Below, in pieces: positions 10,347-17,712 of a stretch of 47,704 nucleotides of DNA (within the stretch, counting starts at the first letter, position 1; every line of letters begins with the position of its first letter). Source of the stretch: a virus (taxonomy: Duplodnaviria > Caudoviricetes); IMG/VR virus record IMGVR_UViG_3300035135_001487, positions 1 to 47,704 of that record. One strand, given 5' to 3'. Made by a program: the position numbers and the translations under genes. A model generated the notes under the pieces. It saw nothing but the letters and a program-made list of their open reading frames with translations. It did not search any database and had not been told where the DNA came from.

Positions 10347-11208
10347 CTTCTTCTCCTTGGTGGAAAGGACACTCGGGTGGTGGAGAATCTTCTTTGAAGA
10401 ACTTACCTTTTGGTTTCCAATAACCTTTGTTTCTATATGGGCCGAATGTTCTCAATCCTTCCTCATCCATTAATTGTCCCCACTCTTGCATAGACTTTGT
10501 AGTGTCACTTTTTTCAAATTCTGTTGTTCCTTCAGCACGATTATCAGTCCATGATTTATGTGTCTTTACAGTATAAGTTGCATTCCACGTTTCTCTTTGG
10601 AAAGGTATAATCTGTACTAAAGGTGTACCCTTCTTAATAACAAAAGAATGGTCTACCTTGGGATAGAATATAATTTGTGCATTGTCCATCCCCACATTGA
10701 AGTCATCGGTATCGATGATTCCTTGCCATGTTGCAAAGTATTTATTCTGAAAAAGAAAGGGGTCTAGATAAAAACAAGAATAGCCTGGGGGTGTCTTTAT
10801 GTTCCAAGGATTTTTCATCTTAAATGCATCCTTGATTTGGTGACCTCTTCCAAGATATTCAAAAACATCTGCGAATTGAGTTGTAGGATGACTACGTGAA
10901 TGATAGTCCTGACCACTAGGGTCAAAAGCAGCGACCTTTACATCATCACCAGTATCATCTACACTGCTACCGTTTATAACTTCAATATCTCTATTGGATA
11001 CAATAATCCATCCCGACTTTAACCAATCATCCATTGCTGGACAAGCACGAATAGTTTGTTGAGTTTGACCCTTAACTATTTCTGCTACCTTGACACTCTT
11101 CCACCAATCGGGTATAATATCCTTTGCAAGAACTGGTCTAAAGTTCTTTACAGTGTTGTCATCGTATGTGTGAAAGTCTATCGTCGGCATAAAAAAATTC
11201 TTCCTCAT
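10336..11208 (-). CDS. Conserved phage beta-fold protein (DUF6065-like); true start may be the ATG at 11190
   Basis: CPAMDD...GW, NPWNIKTPPGYSC, GIIDTD, KKGTPLVQIIPF; a pattern I recall near phage oxygenase genes. Confidence 0.6.
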   Translation of the reverse strand: MRKNFFMPTIDFHTYDDNTVKNFRPVLAKDIIPDWWKSVKVAEIVKGQTQQTIRACPAMDDWLKSGWIIVSNRDIEVINGSSVDDTGDDVKVAAFDPSGQDYHSRSHPTTQFADVFEYLGRGHQIKDAFKMKNPWNIKTPPGYSCFYLDPFLFQNKYFATWQGIIDTDDFNVGMDNAQIIFYPKVDHSFVIKKGTPLVQIIPFQRETWNATYTVKTHKSWTDNRAEGTTEFEKSDTTKSMQEWGQLMDEEGLRTFGPYRNKGYWKPKGKFFKEDSPPPECPFHQGEEDGS

Positions 11209-11869
11209 CTACTAGTCTAACTTCGTCTCCTCTGAGTACAAGTGACCTTCTATCTATATATCTCGCAGACGGATGAGGGGCGTCTGCTCCGTGTGGTATT
11301 CTACCATCAAACATTATTAATCTGTTTGGTTTAAATTCTACTTCTGCAATTTGGTGATTCTTGATGTGTTCTTCACGTCCATCAATACCTCTTTGATGCT
11401 CATCGTATATTCTTAATGAACCACCCCATTTTGGATTCCAAAATCTATTTGGATAATATAGGAATGATATATTCCACTCATCATCATCGCTACAATCAGA
11501 ATGTGTTGTTCCTTGTAGTCCTTGAGTTTGTGAGTTTAATCCCATGTATTGGAATCTTACCCACTTAAATCCAAACTCCATTTGCACTCTACGATTGAAA
11601 TAATAAGCAAAGTGTAGTTTGTCGGGTGTCATACCATCTTCGGGTCTTTCATTCTCTCTATAGTATGTTGCACCCCAAAACTGGTGATGTGGTAATCCTG
11701 TTGGACTATCACTACTAACTTGATTAGTTTTCGCCCATATACCACCTTGACTTATCTGTTTGTCAAAGTGATGCCAGAGTTCCGTACACAAATAGTCATC
11801 TAAGACATAGATGTCTTTTAGGGGTAACTCTTTTATCTTGAAAGGTCGGTCAATATGTACGACATTCAT
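11159..11869 (-). CDS. 2OG-Fe(II) oxygenase, prolyl-hydroxylase-like superfamily
   Basis: HxD (THSD), LYYPN..W..WGG, FKPNRLIMFDGRIPH, distal Arg. Confidence 0.88.
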   Translation of the reverse strand: MNVVHIDRPFKIKELPLKDIYVLDDYLCTELWHHFDKQISQGGIWAKTNQVSSDSPTGLPHHQFWGATYYRENERPEDGMTPDKLHFAYYFNRRVQMEFGFKWVRFQYMGLNSQTQGLQGTTHSDCSDDDEWNISFLYYPNRFWNPKWGGSLRIYDEHQRGIDGREEHIKNHQIAEVEFKPNRLIMFDGRIPHGADAPHPSARYIDRRSLVLRGDEVRLVDEEEFFYADDRLSHIR

Positions 11870-11871
11870 TC

Positions 11872-12432
11872 CTATCTCTCATGGTCGGGAATCAAGGCAG
11901 GAAGAGGAAATTGGTCGACATATTCTTCTAATGTTTTCAAATGGTCTTCTCTTGTTGCAAATATTTCATTAACAACTTGGTCATAGATAACATACTGAGC
12001 ATCAGCATACTCCATAACTCTTCTAGCATTAGACCTATATGGATGGTTTGAACCCTCTCTACCAGCAAATGTTACTTCAGTTAAGTCATCAAAACCATAC
12101 TTCTCAGTAAACTCTTTGATATTTAACTTAACAGTTTCATTCAAATCTCTAACATATTGATTGTTCAGCGTCACACCTGTAGGTGGTTCTGAGTTTTCAA
12201 TGTATTGTTCGATTCTTTCTTTCTCTGCTGGAGTAAGATTTCTTTTTTCTTGTTCGTCCCATGACTTGCTATGGTCATAGTTTTCAATACAAATTTCAAT
12301 GTCATCATAAACGAGTACATCATACTCCCATCCTAATTCGGGAGCATCCACGTTTTCATAATCCCACTCCAAACCATTTGGTTTACGGATTATTAATTGA
12401 CTATTTTCAGTGTAAATTAAAGCATTCATCAT
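11872..12432 (-). CDS. Hypothetical acidic protein, possibly tail-fibre-assembly-like
   Basis: Clean 186-aa ORF. C-terminal YGFDDL...PYRSNARRVMEYADAQY resembles fibre chaperone helices (weak). Confidence 0.5.
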   Translation of the reverse strand: MMNALIYTENSQLIIRKPNGLEWDYENVDAPELGWEYDVLVYDDIEICIENYDHSKSWDEQEKRNLTPAEKERIEQYIENSEPPTGVTLNNQYVRDLNETVKLNIKEFTEKYGFDDLTEVTFAGREGSNHPYRSNARRVMEYADAQYVIYDQVVNEIFATREDHLKTLEEYVDQFPLPALIPDHER

Positions 12433-12458
12433 AATATTATACCCTATAATTATAGAAA

Positions 12459-14036
12459 TTACAACTGATTTTTAAATCTATTGTATATTTCTAAATTATT
12501 TATATGACTGTAATCCATCCCATCTATCCATGGCCCACCTCTAGTATAATGTACTCCAGCGAAATCCCATTTGACTTCGGGGTCATCATATCCTTCAGTG
12601 AATATATATTTCTCAGGAATAGCAGATATTTTATCAGTCCATTCAAATTGGTGTAACTGTTGACCAGTCCACGTGTTAACAACTTCAGGAGTTAATTTTT
12701 TACAGTCGGGATGACCGTTGTTAAAGAACATCATAGATGACCACAACTTGCATGGGTAATCTATATTAACTTCTCCGTTGAATTTCTTTTCATCATGTTT
12801 GATTTGTGGATACTTGATACATGCCACAGCATCATCCATGTTTAAGTAGTAGAACATAGTTAAAGGATTCTTTTGGAAGATGAAATCATCATCTATAAAC
12901 AAACTGAATCCTTCATAGTTCTCTAAGTAAGGAATCAAGAATCTACTGTAAGTGAACCACGTAGATTGATTCTCGTAAGGTCTAGTGTACTCGGGAATCT
13001 TAGATACATCTAAGAATTTAATCTCGGGTTCAAACTCACTGTAGTTGACTAAGTGTCCACCACCTATTGACCTATGTATACTAGTTTCTAACGATTTTTT
13101 AGAAACCTTTTCAATACCATTGTGTGTTGAATCGTAACCGATGTAAATATTTAAAGGTTTCTTTTTTGCTAATCTTGTAACTTTTTCATTGTGTCTGTAA
13201 ACATATTTTCTAAAGTCAATACTACTCATGTCTGATTGAAACTCTAGTGTTCCATTTGTCCATATTACTGACAAGTTATCATGAGCACCATCTTTCTTGT
13301 TTATGAGTCCTAACCAATATTCCAGTGTATCATCTAGTGTCATTGATTTTGCATGAGGAATCATATCAAAAACATCCCAAATCAATAATTCCATATTTGG
13401 GTCTTCCATCTCCTCAAAGACTCCTGACCTAACTGAGCCTGGATGGATTCTCAATTGATAATTATCATCACCAATCTTAACAACATAACCTTGGATAGGA
13501 TTCCAAAGTCCTTCTTCTCTAATACTTTGTGTTAACCAGTGTGCTTTTGCACTATGATAATACATAGATTGTAGACTTGTTTCAAAGTTGTCATATTTAA
13601 AATCACCTTCTTTAATTTCATCCTTCACTACATCTCTCATAGTGACTAGTTCATCATTTAAGTTTGCAGTTTTAAATTTGGTTGGGACAACTGCTCCAGG
13701 CGCTCCATCGGGGTCGGGTTGACCTGAAGTGTAAACATATGGTAAAAATTTATGATAGGTGTTACATTGAAATTGAAGACCATTGAATGCCATCAATTTT
13801 TTATCACGTCTTAATTGTTCTAAGTCACCCCACTTTATTAATCTAAGTGGAGGCATTTTTTCAAAGAACCATGCAAACTTTTTATATGTCTCTGAATCTT
13901 TTTCGTATTTTTTTAGATTGATTGAACCGACATGGAATTGCTCAAGTGCAAATCTCTCTTGATGAGAAAGAGCTTTTAAATCGGGAAACTCAGATAATTT
14001 GCTTTCTAGTTCTTCTAATGTTTTTACTTTATCCAT
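12459..14036 (-). CDS. GT-A glycosyltransferase (C-terminal) fused to a ParB/Srx-like N-terminal domain
   Basis: IYIGYD, STWFTYSRFLIPYL, DxD (FIDDDFIF), WSSMMFFN, HYTRGGPW. N-terminal SIREEGLWNPI...HPGSVR is a weaker call. Confidence 0.8.
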   Translation of the reverse strand: MDKVKTLEELESKLSEFPDLKALSHQERFALEQFHVGSINLKKYEKDSETYKKFAWFFEKMPPLRLIKWGDLEQLRRDKKLMAFNGLQFQCNTYHKFLPYVYTSGQPDPDGAPGAVVPTKFKTANLNDELVTMRDVVKDEIKEGDFKYDNFETSLQSMYYHSAKAHWLTQSIREEGLWNPIQGYVVKIGDDNYQLRIHPGSVRSGVFEEMEDPNMELLIWDVFDMIPHAKSMTLDDTLEYWLGLINKKDGAHDNLSVIWTNGTLEFQSDMSSIDFRKYVYRHNEKVTRLAKKKPLNIYIGYDSTHNGIEKVSKKSLETSIHRSIGGGHLVNYSEFEPEIKFLDVSKIPEYTRPYENQSTWFTYSRFLIPYLENYEGFSLFIDDDFIFQKNPLTMFYYLNMDDAVACIKYPQIKHDEKKFNGEVNIDYPCKLWSSMMFFNNGHPDCKKLTPEVVNTWTGQQLHQFEWTDKISAIPEKYIFTEGYDDPEVKWDFAGVHYTRGGPWIDGMDYSHINNLEIYNRFKNQL

Positions 14037-14054
14037 AATATATCCTCACTCACT

Positions 14055-14062
14055 TATTTAGT
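14055..14062 (-). promoter_or_regulatory. Late promoter variant ACTAAATA upstream of the glycosyltransferase/oxygenase cassette
   Basis: TAAATA core in a 29-nt gap, followed by GAGGA RBS. Confidence 0.5.
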
Positions 14063-14065
14063 GAA

Positions 14066-15328
14066 CTAGGATGAGACTGGTGTTCCTGGCCAGTTTTGGT
14101 TTAGGTCACCATCCCATCTAATTACAGGTGTTCTACCTTGTCTTGCATATGTGACTGGTTGTCTATGTTGATAAGTGAATGGTGTTCTACCTTGTCTTGC
14201 ATAGGTTCCAGGCTGTCTGTTCTGATAGGTAAACGGTGTTTGACCTTGTCTAGCATAGGTTCCAGGCTGTCTGTTTTGATAGGTGAATGGACTTCTACCT
14301 TGTCTCTCATAAGTGACTGGTTGTCTGTGCTGATACGTAAACGGTATCTGATAAGACCTTGGGTCTCTATACGTAAACGGTTGTCTGTTCTGATATGTGA
14401 AAGGAGTTTGTCCTTGTCTTGCATATGTACCAGGCTGTCTGTTTTGGTAAGTAAACGGACTTCTTCCTTGTCTTTCATATGTAACAGGTTGTCTATGTTG
14501 ATACGTGAACGGTGTTTGACCTTGTCTATCATATGTAACAGGTTGTCTATGTTGATACGTGAACGGTGTCTGAGCATTCCTAATATTAGGTTCTTGACCA
14601 TTCACTGGGTTTCTATAGGTGAATGGAGACCTATGGTTATAGGTGAACGGTACTCTATACGACACTGGGTTTCTGTATCCAGCAGGTTGTCTGTTCTGAT
14701 ATGTAAACGGTATCTGATATCCTACAGGGTTTCTGTAAGTTACAGGTTGTCTGTTTTGATACGTAAACGGTGACTGACCTTGTCTATCATATGTGACTGG
14801 TTGTCTATGTTGATAAGTAAACGGTGTTTGAGCGTTTCTTATGTTAGGTTCTTGACCATTCACTGGGTTTCTATAGGTAAACGGTGACCTATGGTTATAA
14901 GTAAACGGAACCCTATACGATACAGGATTTCTATATGTAAACGGTGACCTATGGTTGTATGTGAAAGGTACACGATAACTTACAGGGTTTCTGTAGGTAT
15001 ATGGCGACCTATGGTTATAGGTACTTGGTTGTCTCGCATTCGCAATATAAGGCACCCTATAAGTAAATGGGTTTCTGTATATTAACGGTTGTCTTGCGTT
15101 TGCAATATAAGGCACCCTATAAGTAAATGGGTTTCTGTATATTAACGGTTGTCTTGCGTTTGCTATGTATGGAACACGATAAGATGCCTGATAGGTAAAC
15201 GGATTTCTTCCGTTTGCTATGTATGGAACCCTATACGAAGCTTGATAGGTAAACGGGTTCCTAGCATTCCCGATAGCGGGTTGCTGTGCAGAACGTATGT
15301 TTGGTTCTCTTGCGTTACCTATTGCCAT
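14066..15328 (-). CDS. Arg/Gln/Pro/Tyr repeat protein (420 aa), mirror partner of 15858..17675
   Basis: 398 aa of 6/8/10/12-aa units (RQPVTYARQG, QTPFTYQN, RSPFTYRNPVSY) plus a 22-aa Trp-containing tail. Confidence 0.9.
   Translation of the reverse strand: MAIGNAREPNIRSAQQPAIGNARNPFTYQASYRVPYIANGRNPFTYQASYRVPYIANARQPLIYRNPFTYRVPYIANARQPLIYRNPFTYRVPYIANARQPSTYNHRSPYTYRNPVSYRVPFTYNHRSPFTYRNPVSYRVPFTYNHRSPFTYRNPVNGQEPNIRNAQTPFTYQHRQPVTYDRQGQSPFTYQNRQPVTYRNPVGYQIPFTYQNRQPAGYRNPVSYRVPFTYNHRSPFTYRNPVNGQEPNIRNAQTPFTYQHRQPVTYDRQGQTPFTYQHRQPVTYERQGRSPFTYQNRQPGTYARQGQTPFTYQNRQPFTYRDPRSYQIPFTYQHRQPVTYERQGRSPFTYQNRQPGTYARQGQTPFTYQNRQPGTYARQGRTPFTYQHRQPVTYARQGRTPVIRWDGDLNQNWPGTPVSS
14135..15328 (-). repeat. 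Coding repeat array, 45 units; includes an exact 60-nt tandem duplication at 15042-15163
   Basis: Parsed by hand at Q/R-x-P boundaries; unit lengths sum to 398 aa. Confidence 0.92.
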
Positions 15329-15334
15329 TTCTTA

Positions 15335-15592
15335 TTATGCTCCTGACCCATGATTTTCAAAAGAATATTCCATCGGGTCTACATGCCCATCCATGTTTTG
15401 AAAAATGGATTGCATAAACCCTGAGTTTTCTTCAACAACTCTTTCTAATTCTACTGTATCCACTACACCACCAATTTCGAATACATCTGTACCTGTAGCG
15501 TAATGTGCTGTTCTCTCTTCACCCATATAAGTATATGTGAAGTCTTTGTAAGCGACCTGTATTCCATCTTCTGTTTTATATTGAACTGACAT
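15335..15592 (-). CDS. Small acidic protein (85 aa), paralog of 15592..15858
   Basis: Shared AYKD(F/Y)xYTYMGEERTA, GGVVD, DGHxDP and C-terminal GSGA; TAATG coupling. Confidence 0.85.
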   Translation of the reverse strand: MSVQYKTEDGIQVAYKDFTYTYMGEERTAHYATGTDVFEIGGVVDTVELERVVEENSGFMQSIFQNMDGHVDPMEYSFENHGSGA

Positions 15593-15858
15593 TATGATGC
15601 TCCTGAACCTTCTAATATACCTAAAGCAGGTTCTGATAGAGGGTCAAAATGACCATCAATACTTTCACATAAATGTTTATGACTTACTATTTGTTGGTCT
15701 AATTCTGCTTCTAATCCTTCTGAATCTACAACACCACCAACTGTCCACATATCAGTACGAGCTGCTACCCATGCAGTTCTTTCTTCACCCATGTAAGTGT
15801 AATTGTAATCTTTATAGGCGTGTTCTATCCCTTCTATTAATTTAGTTGAATATGCCAT
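15592..15858 (-). CDS. Small acidic protein (88 aa), paralog of 15335..15592
   Basis: Same shared motifs; start overlaps the stop of the 605-aa gene (TAATG). Confidence 0.85.
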   Translation of the reverse strand: MAYSTKLIEGIEHAYKDYNYTYMGEERTAWVAARTDMWTVGGVVDSEGLEAELDQQIVSHKHLCESIDGHFDPLSEPALGILEGSGAS

Positions 15859-17675
15859 TAGTTATACATCCTTATTCTGAGTAATGTAGACCCAAAACCG
15901 TTGAATCCCAGTGGCGACAATGCCGGATATGGAATAGTCATCGTGCCTGGACTTGTTGTACCAGGCGTTGATACAGTGTAATGAGCAGTGCCTGGCGCAT
16001 TCGGGAAATTATTAGCGTACGGGTAGTTTGGCCCTCTTTGTATACTTATCTTTGTAATTACTGAATAGTCCATACCTGATAAGTTCCATGTACTACCTGA
16101 TGGAGCAGACCACATTAAAATTACCTGTGAAGAGGAAGGTGCAACATATGTATACGGATATGTATTAACACCAGCAGTTACACCAGGCACCGAACCTGTT
16201 GCTGGGGAACCAATCGGACTACCCACAGCAATACCGATACCACTAGAATAACCAAAGTATGGATATGTATAACTTGGATAATGACTCACAAAGAAATATG
16301 CATCATACAAGTGATTATCATACGTGTAAGTGTATGGAGACCTGTAGTTGTACGTAAACGGATTTCTGAATGAATACGTATAAGGTTGTCTCGCATTAGC
16401 AGGATATGTTGCTGGATATCTTGCGTTGTAAGTGAACGGTTGTCTTGCATTAGCAGGATATGTTGCTGGATATCTTGCGTTGTAAGTAAACGGTGACTGA
16501 GCGTTACTTGGTGACTGAGCGTTAGCAGGATATCTTGCGTTGTAAGTAAACGGTGATTGAGCGTTACTTGGTGATTGTGCATTAGCAGGATATCTTGCGT
16601 TATATGTAAACGGTGCTTGTGCGTTTCTAATATTAGGTTCCTGAGCACTTACAGGGTTTCTGTAGGCCGCAGGTTGTTGTGCGTTCCTGATATTAGGTTC
16701 TTGAGCAGAAACTGGGTTTCTGTATCCAGCAGGTTGCTGAGCATTTCTAATATTTGGTTCTTGTGCAGAAACTGGATTCTGATACGTGAACGGTGACCTA
16801 TGTTGATAGGTACTAGGTTGTCTCGCATTTGCAATATAAGGCGATTGTGCGTTAGCAATATATGGATACGGTTGCTGTGCGTTTGCAATGTAAGGACTCT
16901 GAGCGTTTACAGGGTTTCTGTATCCAGCAGGTTGTCTTGCATTCGCAATATATGGTATCTGATATCCTACTGGATTTCTATAAGCAGCAGGTTGTTGTGC
17001 ATTCCTGATATTAGGTTCTTGTGCATTTACAGGGTTTTGATATGTAAATGGAGACCTGTGCTGATACGTACTAGGTTGTCTAGCATTAGCAATATATGGA
17101 CTCTGAGCATTTGCAATATACGGATACGGTTGTTGAGCATTCGCAATGTAAGGCGATTGTGCATTAGCGATATACGGATACGGTTGTTGAGCATCAGCAA
17201 TATACGGGGTCTGCGAATTAGCAATGTACGGATACGGTTGCTGTGCATTGGCGATATATGGTTGCTGTGCAGAAACTGGATTCTGATAAATCGCTGGTTG
17301 TCTTGCTTGTGCAATATATGGCGATTGTGCATTAGCAATGTAAGGGTATGGTTGCTGTGCATTCGCAATATAAGGTGTTTGACTGTTTGCAATGTATGGA
17401 TAAGGTTGTTGAGCATTTGCGATATATGGTGTCTGACTATTTGCAATGTAAGGGTATGCTTGTTGAGCACTTGCAATGTAGGGACTTTGTGCATTCGCAA
17501 TATAAGGATAGGGTTGTTGAACAGATTGTTGACCCGAAGCGTTATTCCACCCCGTAGGTGTTTTAACATAAACTTGGTCTACTGCCTTCCATGTTGTAGA
17601 ACCAGTCTTTACCCATGCACCCTGAGTAGAACTCCATCCCGCTGGGGTTTTTACTTTTTGTGAACCTGTCGCCAT
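15858..17675 (-). CDS. Repeat-stalk protein (605 aa): Trp-rich N-terminal module, 400-aa repeat array, 153-aa C-terminal head
   Basis: N-terminal VKTPAGW/VKTGSTTW/VKTPTGW; units QQPYPYIANA, QSPYIANA, QEPNIRNA; head homologous to that of 25724..27100. Confidence 0.9.
   Translation of the reverse strand: MATGSQKVKTPAGWSSTQGAWVKTGSTTWKAVDQVYVKTPTGWNNASGQQSVQQPYPYIANAQSPYIASAQQAYPYIANSQTPYIANAQQPYPYIANSQTPYIANAQQPYPYIANAQSPYIAQARQPAIYQNPVSAQQPYIANAQQPYPYIANSQTPYIADAQQPYPYIANAQSPYIANAQQPYPYIANAQSPYIANARQPSTYQHRSPFTYQNPVNAQEPNIRNAQQPAAYRNPVGYQIPYIANARQPAGYRNPVNAQSPYIANAQQPYPYIANAQSPYIANARQPSTYQHRSPFTYQNPVSAQEPNIRNAQQPAGYRNPVSAQEPNIRNAQQPAAYRNPVSAQEPNIRNAQAPFTYNARYPANAQSPSNAQSPFTYNARYPANAQSPSNAQSPFTYNARYPATYPANARQPFTYNARYPATYPANARQPYTYSFRNPFTYNYRSPYTYTYDNHLYDAYFFVSHYPSYTYPYFGYSSGIGIAVGSPIGSPATGSVPGVTAGVNTYPYTYVAPSSSQVILMWSAPSGSTWNLSGMDYSVITKISIQRGPNYPYANNFPNAPGTAHYTVSTPGTTSPGTMTIPYPALSPLGFNGFGSTLLRIRMYN
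16201..16280. repeat. 80-bp direct repeat, copy 1 (copy 2 at 26145-26224)
   Basis: 77/80 identical, with a 45-nt perfect run; encodes YPSYTYPYFGYSSGIxIAVGxPIGSPA. Confidence 0.93.
16320..17519 (-). repeat. Coding repeat array, 45 units, 400 aa
   Basis: Hand parse; unit sum equals the coordinate-derived length (aa 53-452). Confidence 0.92.
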
Positions 17676-17704
17676 ATCCTAATTTTATCCTTTAGTTTAT
17701 ACTC

Positions 17705-17712
17705 TATTTATT
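17705..17712 (-). promoter_or_regulatory. Late promoter variant AATAAATA upstream of the 605-aa gene
   Basis: One mismatch to consensus, overlapping the upstream stop codon. Confidence 0.5.

Noticed and set aside
12444-12455. Palindrome CTATAATTATAG between the glycosyltransferase and 186-aa genes
   Set aside because: Short, AT-rich and seen once; plausible by chance in this base composition.
14066-15328. Repeat proteins as multi-core RiPP precursors for the adjacent enzymes
   Set aside because: No leader, protease or transporter is seen, and excised peptides would not need mirror-ordered partners. A structural role fits better, though modification remains possible.
14135-17519. DNA inverted repeat, invertible segment or assembly artefact as the cause of the mirror symmetry
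   Set aside because: The cognate units I compared are not reverse complements (CAACAACCCTATCCTTATATTGCGAATGCA vs AGACAACCAGTCACATATGCAAGACAAGGT). Units are mostly synonymously diverged, and the pattern recurs in a second pair.
14122-17663. Long antisense and alternate-frame ORFs over the repeat genes (e.g. 16800..17663 +, 14138..14773 +, 17027..17569 -; likewise 24816..25427 +)
   Set aside because: Shadows of low-complexity repeats that happen to lack stops in other frames. They have no evident translation signals and lie wholly inside coupled minus-strand genes.
14066-17675. CRISPR-like array
   Set aside because: Repeats are in-frame, vary at third codon positions, and have no unique spacers or cas genes.
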